From Candidatus Babeliales bacterium (GTDB lineage Bacteria; Babelota; Babeliae; Babelales; JANWKD01): DNA of 64,000 nucleotides. The notes beneath the pieces were generated by a model. That model ran no database searches. It had not been told where the DNA came from and worked only from the letters and a program-made list of their open reading frames with translations. Positions 51,910 to 62,023 of this stretch are shown here, piece by piece (position 1 is the stretch's first letter; each line of letters opens with the position of its first letter). The stretch covers positions 224,001 through 288,000 of the forward strand of contig CAVXJH010000003.1 of assembly GCA_963762115.1 (NCBI GenBank). The letters are read 5' to 3'. The position numbers and the translations under genes are program-made.

Positions 51910-52680
51910 TTATAACGTAACAAATATTTCTTTTCCAGCGGAAACTTTCAAATAATCTCGCGCAGAACCCTGATTAACCGCAATCTCAAGCGTGTTATTA
52001 CTTCCTTTATAACAAAGCAATTGCCCCTGCTTAACCTTATCAAATGTTATTACAAAGGGTACTTCCAAAGATTTATCATCTATCTTCAAATGTATTAACC
52101 TATCAAACCATGTAGGATCAACTTGTATATTAGTTTTAATGTTGCCAAAACTATCTATGTAAGTAATAATTTTTTGCGTTTCTAAACTATCGCACAACGT
52201 AATATCTTTTTTATCAATCGGCAAAAGAGCATTCGTATTATTTTGTGCCAGTTGAATTGCAATCGGCGTAAAAATATCTCTACCATGAAAGGTATTCGAT
52301 TTTTCCGGGAAACATGCTTCATTAATTTTAAACACTTTTACACCCTCTTGTTTCAAAATATAATGAAACAAGCCATTATTTGGCCCAATAAACGTATATG
52401 ATCCAAGTTTTACTACCAAACCATTCCGTTCGGTGCCAACGCCCGGATCAACAACCGTAATAAAATAACTATTTTCAGGAAAATAGGCATAGACCTTTTC
52501 GAGCACAAATGCCCCACTGACAATACAAAATTTTTCTATGGAATGATCAATATCAATAACCGAACAATGAGGAATTTCACGCAATAAGGTAGCCTTTATG
52601 GAGGCAACCGCAAAATCAAGCCCAAAATCCGTTAATAAACCAAAAGTAATATTTGTATTTTTTGAAGATAACAAATTCAT
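51910..52680 (-). CDS. SAM hydroxide adenosyltransferase (DUF62, fluorinase/chlorinase family)
   Basis: LLTDFG, VVDPGVGTER, GPNNG, SNTFHGRDIF, IDSFGN, LEIAVNQGSA. Confidence 0.92.
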   Translation of the reverse strand: MNLLSSKNTNITFGLLTDFGLDFAVASIKATLLREIPHCSVIDIDHSIEKFCIVSGAFVLEKVYAYFPENSYFITVVDPGVGTERNGLVVKLGSYTFIGPNNGLFHYILKQEGVKVFKINEACFPEKSNTFHGRDIFTPIAIQLAQNNTNALLPIDKKDITLCDSLETQKIITYIDSFGNIKTNIQVDPTWFDRLIHLKIDDKSLEVPFVITFDKVKQGQLLCYKGSNNTLEIAVNQGSARDYLKVSAGKEIFVTL

Positions 52681-52784
52681 AGTCAATCTCTCTCATTAAA
52701 AAATGAAATCAAATTACAACAAAAGCACATCCCAAAAGGGATTCGCTTATAAAAAAATAATTGTGGAAAAGAAGATATATGGCC

Positions 52785-52883
52785 TTAGGCCATCATATAA
52801 AGAAGAGAAAATGACATAACCATGAATGCCAAGAACAAAATTTTGCTTGTCTGTGAAAAACAGGAAATAATGTTAAGATTCAT
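52785..52883 (-). CDS. Met-rich leader peptide (32 aa)
   Basis: RBS GAGGTG; MNLNIISCFSQTSKILFLAFMVMSFSLLYMMA*; promoter TTGACA-17-TAGAAT at 52951-52923. Confidence 0.72.
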   Translation of the reverse strand: MNLNIISCFSQTSKILFLAFMVMSFSLLYMMA

Positions 52884-53109
52884 AGTCACCTCAAAGGGTT
52901 GAATTGTTAAATACTCTATTAAATTCTAGAAAACAAATTCAAATTTGTCAATTTTTCAAAAGTCAAAGACATACAGAACAATTTTTTGTATCCTCAGGAT
53001 ATTATTGACGCTTAGAATATTTTATAATTAATAAACATATACTTTTTCTGTATTAATGATAAAACAAGTATCTATATACCTTTATATCGTTATAGAAAGA
53101 AAACATGCT

Positions 53110-54448
53110 ATGAATACGTTTAATAAACTATTAGCAATAGCTATACTAACCTGTACTCTTGGTACTATAACCTTAGGATTTAGTATTTTTAATACAAAAA
53201 ATACTAATACGATGCCAGTCAAAAACATTATTGTTATTGGAACTGGGGCAGCTGGCATAGGTTTTATACATGAAATACTAGAACAAAAAACTCTTGCTCA
53301 CATTACCTGGATAAGCTCTGATAATCATAATCCCTATGATCGAACTAAATTAGATTCAGTAGTTTCGCAAGAAATCTCAGAAAATGCCCCTACTCTCTTT
53401 GATAAAAAGAGTAACAACATTGATCTTCTCTTGGGTAAAAAAAGTAATATCTCTTGATGCTCAGAAAAAAATAGTAGCCTTAGATGATAAAAGCACTTAT
53501 TGCTATGATTATCTTTTTTTAGCAACAGGCTCAACGCCTAATGATCTTTTCCCGGAATCTCCCAAAGCTCAATCAATTAAAGGGATTTTTAATTTTCACA
53601 CCCTAGAAGATGCAAAAAATATTAATGCTTACATCAAGCAAAATACTATAACCGATGCGACAGTAATAGGTTGTGGCATTAATGGTCTTGAAGCAGCTGA
53701 TGCACTTTTTAGACGCGGTATAAAAGTTACTATTATTGATAGAAATGAACATATTTTACAAAATACTATTAATATCGAAGCTTCTCTAGCAATTGAAAAA
53801 AATATAAAAAATATATCTTCTATCACCTGGTATCCAAAATCTTCACTTAAAAATATCATACAAAAAAACGGCAATCTGGAAGGCATAGAACTTACTGATG
53901 GCAAAATAATTAAAACAGCGCTCATAATTAGTACTATTGGTGTAAAACCAAATATATATCTTGCAGAACAAAATGGCTTAACAATAAAAAATAATGCTTT
54001 AATAGTAGATAACACTATGAAAACAAGCGATCCATCAATTTATGCCGGCGGTGATATTATTTTGATATACGATAAAGGCACAAATACCCTCATTAAAAGC
54101 TGTAAGTGGGGAGATGCAGTAAAACAGGGTCATATCGCAGCAAGCAATATACTTGGTATAGAAAAAAAGTATCAAGGTTCCCTAATAGGCTATCGAACAT
54201 CATTCTTTGGTAATACTCTTGTTATGAGTGGGCTATTAAAAAATTACCCTACACAGTACAAAACAATTGAACAATCAGGTATAGATGATATGGGTAAACT
54301 TTTTTATCACAAAATAATCTTAGATAACAATATCATCAAAGGTTTTATTCTCTGTAATAACACGCAATCAGCAAGACGATTACGCAGAGCACTCGAAGAT
54401 CAAACACCATTTAATCATGAACGATTTTTAAGAAGATATAGCAAATAA
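53110..54448 (+). pseudogene. FAD/NAD(P)H-dependent oxidoreductase (rubredoxin reductase/NirB N-terminal-like), +1 frameshift in A7 run 53437-53443
   Basis: IGTGAAG in ORF1; LATGS, IGCGINGLE, IYAGGD in ORF2; removing one A restores LLLGKKVISLD. Confidence 0.8.
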
Positions 54449-54596
54449 AATAACTGTACAATTAAGTTGCTGTCAAAAAAAATTCTAATATTTGTGCAAT
54501 CGTGCAACTATTTTTAGATTGAGCAGTTGAATTTTAAATTTATTCATGCTAATATGGTTATATCTTATTAGAATAAAAATAGTAATAGAGGATAGA

Positions 54597-54771
54597 ATGC
54601 CCATGAACAGCATACTTTTTTCATCCCCGAAACCTTTCCATACCACATACCCAATAGGGTATCTTTGGCTTTGCCAATAAATACCTTCCTCATAGGCTCT
54701 ATCTTACCTATTCTTTATTTTCCAATTTTCCTTATCTGACTTTTCCTTTTTGGTTAAACCATTGGGCGTAA
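54597..54771 (+). CDS. Trp-sensing leader: 27-aa ORF (54597-54680) plus overlapping +1 frame ending W-L-N-H-W-A* at 54771
   Basis: RBS GAGG; promoter TTGAAT-17-TAATAT; GGG TAT CTT TGG C at 54657-54669; +1 frame open 54658-54771 with no ATG/GTG/TTG start. Confidence 0.65.
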
Positions 54772-54859
54772 GCCCGAATATTTTTTGCGGCTAATAACCG
54801 GATTTAAAAACTTTTTTGTTAAAAAATAGTGGTATTTTCCAAAGTTAAGGAAATTTTTT

Positions 54860-55720
54860 ATGAAGAACATTACTTTATTATCTTGTATAGTTTTATTAAT
54901 CAGTTATTCATGTTTTATAAAGGGCATGGAATCAGACATCGAATATAGACAAGCAACCAATGATGATACTGTTGGCATTGTAGATCTGATTAATACTTAT
55001 GCATATAAAGATAATGATAAAATCGTTATCGTTCCAGAAGCATTTCGTGCAGCATACATACAAAGTGCAATCCAAACCAAAAGGCTTTTTGTTGCTTCTA
55101 ATGACAAAACAATTGTTGGCTACAAAAAATTATTTTGTATAACTGACGAACATGAATGCAATGATATTTTAAATAATGAACTACGCTGCACAGAAGATAC
55201 TTCTGCAGGATGTGCATTAATATCTGCGCATGATGAATCTACACAAGATTTTTTACCTGAACAACTAACAACAATCATGTCATTGCCAATAACCTACATT
55301 TATAACGGAGCAGATTTCACCCACCCTCAATATCGTGCACAAGGTATTAATAGCTCTTTAACCAAATATGCACTTGAAGCAACTTCAGATGCAGTGCGTA
55401 AAGATATTGAGAAAAAAAAGAGTACCTATCTTGCCATGGTATATGGATTGACCAAGTCAAATGCCGGTGCCAGCATCGTGGATGGCCGAACTCATGGTAT
55501 TTTTAAACAGTTTGTTTCATTTGCGCAGGCAATAACACATACATTAAAGTGTGCCGAACCATCCCAAGTAATTCTTAGTAGGCATCATGCATTTAAACCT
55601 TCATTTGATCCTAAAGCTACAGAATGCAAGCCTCTCTCAGATAGTCAATCTATTCCAGGATATGGATATCTTGTAGCTTGTGCTTTGGATCAAAACTCCA
55701 ATGAACGAGGTGATCTATGA
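54860..55720 (+). CDS. GNAT-like acetyltransferase-fold protein with signal peptide
   Basis: IEYRQAT..D...I..LI, FVA...IVGY, THPQYRAQGINSSL. Confidence 0.65.
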   Translation: MKNITLLSCIVLLISYSCFIKGMESDIEYRQATNDDTVGIVDLINTYAYKDNDKIVIVPEAFRAAYIQSAIQTKRLFVASNDKTIVGYKKLFCITDEHECNDILNNELRCTEDTSAGCALISAHDESTQDFLPEQLTTIMSLPITYIYNGADFTHPQYRAQGINSSLTKYALEATSDAVRKDIEKKKSTYLAMVYGLTKSNAGASIVDGRTHGIFKQFVSFAQAITHTLKCAEPSQVILSRHHAFKPSFDPKATECKPLSDSQSIPGYGYLVACALDQNSNERGDL

Positions 55721-56883
55721 TTACCTTGCTACAAAAATATTTAGAAATTAATACTGCACATCCACATCCTCAGTATCACGCTGCTATTGCATTGTTTAAA
55801 AAGCAAGCAGAAAATGATGGTTTTTTGGTTACTGAACTTATTCTTCCTTCCGGCAATCCCGTGCTTATTATTACCTTGCAAGGCAGTTGTCTTGAAATGC
55901 CTGCCCTTGCATTAAATCATCATATGGATGTTGTTCCAGCTGATAATAAAGATGAATGGCTATTTAATCCATTTGCAGGAACAGTTCATGAAGATTATAT
56001 CTATGGAAGAGGTACACAAGATTGTAAAGGTCTTGGTGTAGTTCAATATGCAGCATTAAAAATGCTTAAGCAAAGCGAATTACAATCGGCAAGGACGATT
56101 CATTATATTATGGTTCCTGATGAAGAGCGCGGTGGATTTCATGGCATGAAAGAATTTGTTGAACATCCATTATTCGCATCATTTAACATAGGATATGTTT
56201 TAGATGAAGGCCTGCCTTCAGGAGATGATAACGAATTGCTCATTAAGATTGATGAACGTACGCCAATACAAATATGCATAACAAGTAGAGGGCAACAAAG
56301 CCATGCATCAGGATTACTTAATAAAAATTGCATTCATGAATTGACTAATTTTCTGGCAAATATTGCGGCATTTCAATCCAAACAACAACAAGAAGTTGCA
56401 TTGAATCAAGCCGGGCATCATATTTCAATGCATATTACTTCATTAAGTACAAATAATACTGCATTGAATGTTATTCCTACGCAAGCGCAAGCTACGCTTG
56501 ATATGCGCATACCATCGCACTTGTCTTTGGATTACGGAATTTCTTTAATAGATGAATTAATACAAAAACATACGAGTACTACCTATGAAATTTTAGCAAC
56601 AAGTCAGGAACGTTTTAAAATAATTAAAGAAGATTCAATGTTTTACCAAACACTTGCCCAAGCTGTTACTGATCATGGCATTAGTCCAAAATCTTTTGCA
56701 TTTGAAGCGACAACTGATGCCAGATTTTATAGCCACAAAGGCATTCAAGCAATTGGGCTTACGCCATTCACGGTTACGCCAAACTTACATGGTACTAATG
56801 AAAGTATTTATATAAACGATTTGGTGCAAGGAACCGCAGTTTTATATACCTTTTTACGTGCATTTTGCACATTAAATAATTGA
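55717..56883 (+). CDS. M20 family aminoacylase (ACY1-like N-acyl-L-amino-acid amidohydrolase)
   Basis: LNHHMDVVP, IYGRGTQDCK, VPDEERGG, LDEG, TDARF, LHGTNE. Confidence 0.85.
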   Translation: MITLLQKYLEINTAHPHPQYHAAIALFKKQAENDGFLVTELILPSGNPVLIITLQGSCLEMPALALNHHMDVVPADNKDEWLFNPFAGTVHEDYIYGRGTQDCKGLGVVQYAALKMLKQSELQSARTIHYIMVPDEERGGFHGMKEFVEHPLFASFNIGYVLDEGLPSGDDNELLIKIDERTPIQICITSRGQQSHASGLLNKNCIHELTNFLANIAAFQSKQQQEVALNQAGHHISMHITSLSTNNTALNVIPTQAQATLDMRIPSHLSLDYGISLIDELIQKHTSTTYEILATSQERFKIIKEDSMFYQTLAQAVTDHGISPKSFAFEATTDARFYSHKGIQAIGLTPFTVTPNLHGTNESIYINDLVQGTAVLYTFLRAFCTLNN

Positions 56884-56895
56884 TAAGGAAAAAAA

Positions 56896-57891
56896 ATGAA
56901 AAAACTAATTATACTATTATTAGTGATTACAGGCGCAATCACTTTTTATTATGCCAAGCAGCACCTACTTGAAAAAGAAGAGCAAACAAATACTCAACAA
57001 TTGCATATTGCACTCTTTACCCCGATAGCACATCCAGCACTTGAAGAAATTGAACAAGGCTTTAAAGAAAAGTTACAACAACTAAACTTAAAGCAATGCG
57101 TTTTTACAACATTCAATGCTAATGGCAACAGAACATTATTGCGAGCACAAGCAGAAGAAATTGTGCAAGGTAATTATGATCTAATATTTTCCATGGGAGC
57201 GATGTGTTCACAAACGATTGCTGAGCTGCTGAAGAAAAAAAACCTCGAAACGCCGCATGTGTTTGCTGGTGTTGATGGTCCTGAGTTTGCTCTTTCATTA
57301 CAATCTTTGAATGAATCAACCACAGGCGTTTATGTAAAATCAGATTATGAACAAGAGCTCAGCATTCTTTTTAAACTTAAACCGGACACAAAAAACATTC
57401 TTCTTGCATACGATCCAACCCATGGTGTCGGTTTAGAAAAACAAAAGAACGAAATCGAAGAATATAGCAAAAAACATGGTGCAACATTACACAGCGTTGA
57501 AATTTATCAAACAAATGAAATTCAACAAAAGGTTGCAGCATCATTATCTAATATAGATGTTGTGCTTGTGCTTACTGATAACACAGTGGTTGCAGGCGTT
57601 GATGCTCTTATTGCATTATGCAATCGATTTGGCGTTACTTTGATGGCATCAGATTTGCCGTCAGGGAAAAAAGGCGCTGCATTATCCTACGGAATAAGTG
57701 AATACGAATCAGGTACTGGCGCTGCGCAAAAAGCACAGATGATACTACAACAAAATAAAAAACCACATGAAGTTCCCGTAACCGCCATAACTAATTTCCG
57801 ACTCCACATCAATAAAGACACCATGAAAATGCAGAATTTGACTCTTGATCATGAGACTTTAGAACAATTAGAAAAGGAGATCTCATGTTGA
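56896..57891 (+). CDS. ABC substrate-binding protein, Trp/Tyr-type (ABC_sub_bind)
   Basis: HPALEEIEQGF, NANGN, TDNTV. Confidence 0.85.
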   Translation: MKKLIILLLVITGAITFYYAKQHLLEKEEQTNTQQLHIALFTPIAHPALEEIEQGFKEKLQQLNLKQCVFTTFNANGNRTLLRAQAEEIVQGNYDLIFSMGAMCSQTIAELLKKKNLETPHVFAGVDGPEFALSLQSLNESTTGVYVKSDYEQELSILFKLKPDTKNILLAYDPTHGVGLEKQKNEIEEYSKKHGATLHSVEIYQTNEIQQKVAASLSNIDVVLVLTDNTVVAGVDALIALCNRFGVTLMASDLPSGKKGAALSYGISEYESGTGAAQKAQMILQQNKKPHEVPVTAITNFRLHINKDTMKMQNLTLDHETLEQLEKEISC

Positions 57892-58766
57892 ACACCTTGC
57901 TCGTTATTATCGAGCAAACCATGTTGCACTTACCGTTAATGTTTGGAGCTTATGTAAGTTTTTCATTATTAAAAGTCCCCGATTTAAGCATTGAAAGCGC
58001 TTATGTGGTTGGTGCAATTTTAGGTTCATCCGCTCTGATCAATATTGTAAATGTTCCTATGAGTATGATGATTTTCATCATACTCATGGCCAGCTTTCTT
58101 GGTGGAGCACTGGTAGGCATGACTTCAAGTTTGCTTACTCAAAAAGCTAAATTTCCCCATTTACTAAGCAGCATTGTTACCTTTGGTTTATTCCATGGTA
58201 TTAATCAGTTTATTTCAGCAACGTATGTTTCGTTAAGTAAAATAGATAATCCGCTTAGATTGCTTAACGGTATAACTCAATATCCTGAACTGCCCGTGCT
58301 CATTGTGATCGGTTGCCTTATTACAAGTCTTATGTATGCATTATTTAAAACACAACTTGGTTATGCATATGCAGTCTATGGCAACAATTCACAATTTTTT
58401 AAAAATTATGGCACCTCAACATCATTTGTATTTATTACCGGCATTATGATTGCCAATGGCTTGGCTGGCATAAGTGGTTATATGTTTGCACAATCAAACA
58501 ACTTTTTTGAACTTAATATGGGCCTTGGCAAGGCCCTTCTGTGCATCACAGCGCTTATCCTAGGAAAAGGCATACTGCACACAAAAAAACCGTTTTCAGT
58601 TGCTGTACCATTAGTTGGAACAGGTGCCTACTTTTCATTACAACAGTTACTGCTTAAAGTTGGGTTCAATTTAAAATATTTTACTGCCGTGCAAGCATTG
58701 TTGGTATTATGCATTTTGGTATATACCTTCCGAAAACAACCATGCAACGATAATTTGGGGGTATGA
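57885..58766 (+). CDS. ABC permease, Trp/Tyr-type
   Basis: PDLSIESAY, KTQLG, G.N, ANGLAGISG, MGLG. Confidence 0.85.
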   Translation: MLNTLLVIIEQTMLHLPLMFGAYVSFSLLKVPDLSIESAYVVGAILGSSALINIVNVPMSMMIFIILMASFLGGALVGMTSSLLTQKAKFPHLLSSIVTFGLFHGINQFISATYVSLSKIDNPLRLLNGITQYPELPVLIVIGCLITSLMYALFKTQLGYAYAVYGNNSQFFKNYGTSTSFVFITGIMIANGLAGISGYMFAQSNNFFELNMGLGKALLCITALILGKGILHTKKPFSVAVPLVGTGAYFSLQQLLLKVGFNLKYFTAVQALLVLCILVYTFRKQPCNDNLGV

Positions 58767-59461
58767 CTATGTTTATTAAACATCTTTCATTTAAATTTAA
58801 CAAAAAGAGTGCTCAATCCTTTTTTCAGAATATAACAATCGCATTTGCACCCAATAAGGTCCATTTTATTCAAGGTGATAATGGTGTGGGAAAATCAACA
58901 TTTTTCAATATACTACAAGGAGCCATCGGAAAAGATGCTTACTTAGAGGCATCTATACAGTTGGATGGCACCACATTTAACACACACAATACTATGTTGC
59001 CGCATGTATTTACACAACAGGTGCACGTAGTGCAGCAAAATTATGATAGTATGATTGCAAATCAATTTACCTTCATGGAAAATTTGCAATTGGCAAACTT
59101 ACCTATGTATCCACATTTAAAACCACTACCTCAAGCAACATTGTTTGATGTCATTAAAACATTAGGCATAGATCCACATAAACCTGCTTATCTTTTATCA
59201 GGCGGCCAACGCCAATTATTGGCAATACTCATGGCATTACAAAAAACAACAAAACTATTATTACTTGATGAACCAACGGCGACCCTTGATAAAAAAAATG
59301 CGGATCTCATTATGCAATGCCTATTTCAACTTGCAGAGCAACTCAAGGTAACTATGCTGATTATTTGCCACGATAAAGAACTGGTGAAACAATATGCACA
59401 GGAAAATAATTTTGTTATTCAACAGTTAGAAGATGGTACGCGAATGATACATAAAACCTAA
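58763..59461 (+). CDS. ABC ATP-binding protein
   Basis: GDNGVGKST, LSGGQRQ, LLDEPTATLD, H. Confidence 0.9.
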   Translation: MTMFIKHLSFKFNKKSAQSFFQNITIAFAPNKVHFIQGDNGVGKSTFFNILQGAIGKDAYLEASIQLDGTTFNTHNTMLPHVFTQQVHVVQQNYDSMIANQFTFMENLQLANLPMYPHLKPLPQATLFDVIKTLGIDPHKPAYLLSGGQRQLLAILMALQKTTKLLLLDEPTATLDKKNADLIMQCLFQLAEQLKVTMLIICHDKELVKQYAQENNFVIQQLEDGTRMIHKT

Positions 59462-59575
59462 AAATAGTATCCGATGTGTAATAATTAAAGCTGGGTTATT
59501 ATTTTAATTATTATTAAATGTATTATACTTGTATTAATCGAATATAATTTTCAAGATAAACAGTTAGGAAAACAT

Positions 59576-60558
59576 ATGCATAGAAAGAAAAAATTATCCA
59601 AATTATTTTTTATATCATTATTAATGTGTACTGCACTATTAAATGGCATGGAAGAAAAAAAAAACAATTTTTCATGTGATTTATTTAATACAAAAAAATC
59701 AGAATTACAAGCAATACCCCGTAAATGCTGTAAGCAGTATAAAAAATTATCAAAAATAGATAATACATCACTAACAACACTCTATGCATGGAGAGGAAAT
59801 GCCACGCCGCTGCTATATATGCCTCAAGAATATTTTGATTCAACGCAAAATGATTCTATGAACTTGAAAGCATTGTTTGAAAACTGTCAATTAGTTTCTG
59901 ACAACAATGTATTTATGCTCCATGATGAACCTAAGCCATGGGTGGAAAAAGAGCACAAGGGCAAGAGGATTTTTTACCTCGTTTGTATCAACCAAGAATT
60001 TCTTTAGATGCACTGCCGCAGCTATTACATAATGCAAAATCTATTCTTAAAGCCTTTTTACCTAGCGAAGAATTTATTTTTGACAAACAAAAATTTATTC
60101 AAAAAGGCGGTGCCATAGATCGGCTTTTTACCTATGCTAAACTGCAGCGCACTATTCAAGAAAAACAATTGTCGAATGTTTCTCTTCCACGAAAATTACT
60201 TATTATACAAGATAAAGAAAGTGGTAAATATATTGATAGTCAAAGCGCTCAAAATATTTTAGATGATGCACTAAAAATTGCTGTTTTGTATTCAAGTGCC
60301 GTTGAAATCAAAATGAATTGTTATTCACACAAATATGCTTTACTGATTTTTGCAGAAAGAAAAATAAACCATAACACACCATTAAATCAAGCAGCATTCG
60401 AAGATTTAAAAACACTCACTGCTGAAGCGCCATTTGATGTTGGCTATGATAATATTTTTAGTGATGAAAATGGCAATGCAATTGTTATAGATTCAGAATT
60501 TAAGGGCGAACCAGCTGAAACTTCCATACTAAAATTGAATCGATATAAACACAATTAA
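59576..60558 (+). pseudogene. Secreted protein with kinase-like C-terminal motifs, split by an apparent -1 frameshift near 59946-59950
   Basis: ORF1 signal LNG-ME; overlapping ORF2 with DVGYDNI...IVIDSE. Confidence 0.5.
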
Positions 60559-60597
60559 TCAAGATTTTAAAGTATCTCTTTTGACAACTTCGTACAC

Positions 60598-60641
60598 GGA
60601 TGAAGGAGAAGCCGCTGCTTAACAAAGCTTCTCCTTCATCC
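60598..60641. terminator. 15-bp perfect hairpin between convergent genes
   Basis: ggatgaaggagaagc/gcttctccttcatcc. Confidence 0.65.
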
Positions 60642-60649
60642 ATGGTTAT

Positions 60650-62023
60650 TTACTGCACACTTCTTTTTTTTACTTCTTGAGCAATTTCATACATACGATG
60701 AGTCATAGCTGAAAGCCCTTTTGGATCCATTAAAAGATAAAAATTCATAACCGTGTTTTTATCTTTATTCACGGTATCATATTCAATAATATCAGAATGT
60801 AAAACCACTCTTGATTGAACATACGGCAATAATTCCTTGTATTGTTCCTGTAATTCCATAACAGAATAATCACCAGCTTTAACACCAAGCATTTGTGAAA
60901 CATAACACCATTGTTCAGCTTTCTTTCGCGGTATCATCATTTGTAATAATCCTGCACTTGCTTGTTTTTCATAGTCATGGAGCTCAGCTTTATATTTTTC
61001 ATAAAGATCTTCTGCACCATAGTCTTTGAATATCTGCTGTATAATTGTTGTATCAACATCCTTTGCCAAAGTATCAAATAACATAGGCAAATAAACAACA
61101 TCAGAAGGATTTTTAATAAGAGCACTCACAATTTTTGGAAGAACCATCACTTGCGACATGAGCAGACCAACAACATTTAAAGAAACATCAGCAGTTTGAT
61201 ATGCCCACGAACACGGCTTTGCAATAAATTCTATGCTTGACTCTTTTCTTGGATTATTTATCCATGAAGTATTCCCATACAATCCTGCATTAACACTGAG
61301 AAGCTCTTCTCGATTATCAGTAAGATCCATATAAACCATCTCATTTCCTGTTGGAACTGGGTTACCATAAAGTATAACCCGCATTTCTTTAACCCGTGGT
61401 GCTTTTTTATAACGATCATCGTAATATTCTTGTGCATTTGCTTGTTGTATTTTGTTTTTTGCTTTTTGCACATCTCTTATTTGCACAAAATGTTCTTTAG
61501 GAGCATCATGCAAAACTTCATCGAAAATAGTTCTTAAAAGCATTGATGCACCTTTATGCGTTCCATGCACACAGCAGAAATAATCCTGCTCTTTATAAAC
61601 ACCCTCTTCATGACAAACATATTCAGTAAGATTATTCAATTCTTTGCGCATCTTAGGCATTACCACCCAACTTTCAGCTAATGAAAGCCTATTTATTTGC
61701 GCTCTACTCAAAATGGATCTATCACTAGGCGTAGCTAACGATAACACACTATCATGGTTAATCTGATCCTTTGTTACCGATGCCACGATTTTTTTCTCTT
61801 TATAATGCGCAAGAAGATTACTCACTTTCTTAGGTGTGGCTGGCGAACTTACTTCAATCATCTCTCGTGCATCATAACAATCTGCGACATATGCTGCCGC
61901 TGTTAAAATCCCCAGCGTTGCAATCTCTTTTTTATGAAGATACAGTTTTTCCATACCCAAAAGAGCATTACTTAATAACAACAAGATGAATGGCATACAC
62001 CACTTTATAAGTTTTAATATCAT
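60650..62023 (-). CDS. Hypothetical secreted protein (457 aa)
   Basis: RBS AAGGA; signal ending LLG-ME; no family recognised. Confidence 0.75.
   Translation of the reverse strand: MILKLIKWCMPFILLLLSNALLGMEKLYLHKKEIATLGILTAAAYVADCYDAREMIEVSSPATPKKVSNLLAHYKEKKIVASVTKDQINHDSVLSLATPSDRSILSRAQINRLSLAESWVVMPKMRKELNNLTEYVCHEEGVYKEQDYFCCVHGTHKGASMLLRTIFDEVLHDAPKEHFVQIRDVQKAKNKIQQANAQEYYDDRYKKAPRVKEMRVILYGNPVPTGNEMVYMDLTDNREELLSVNAGLYGNTSWINNPRKESSIEFIAKPCSWAYQTADVSLNVVGLLMSQVMVLPKIVSALIKNPSDVVYLPMLFDTLAKDVDTTIIQQIFKDYGAEDLYEKYKAELHDYEKQASAGLLQMMIPRKKAEQWCYVSQMLGVKAGDYSVMELQEQYKELLPYVQSRVVLHSDIIEYDTVNKDKNTVMNFYLLMDPKGLSAMTHRMYEIAQEVKKRSVQ

Noticed and set aside
52690..52900. SAM riboswitch before the SAM hydrolase
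   Set aside because: No SAM-I or SAM-II core motifs recognised; a Met-rich ORF with RBS explains the region better.
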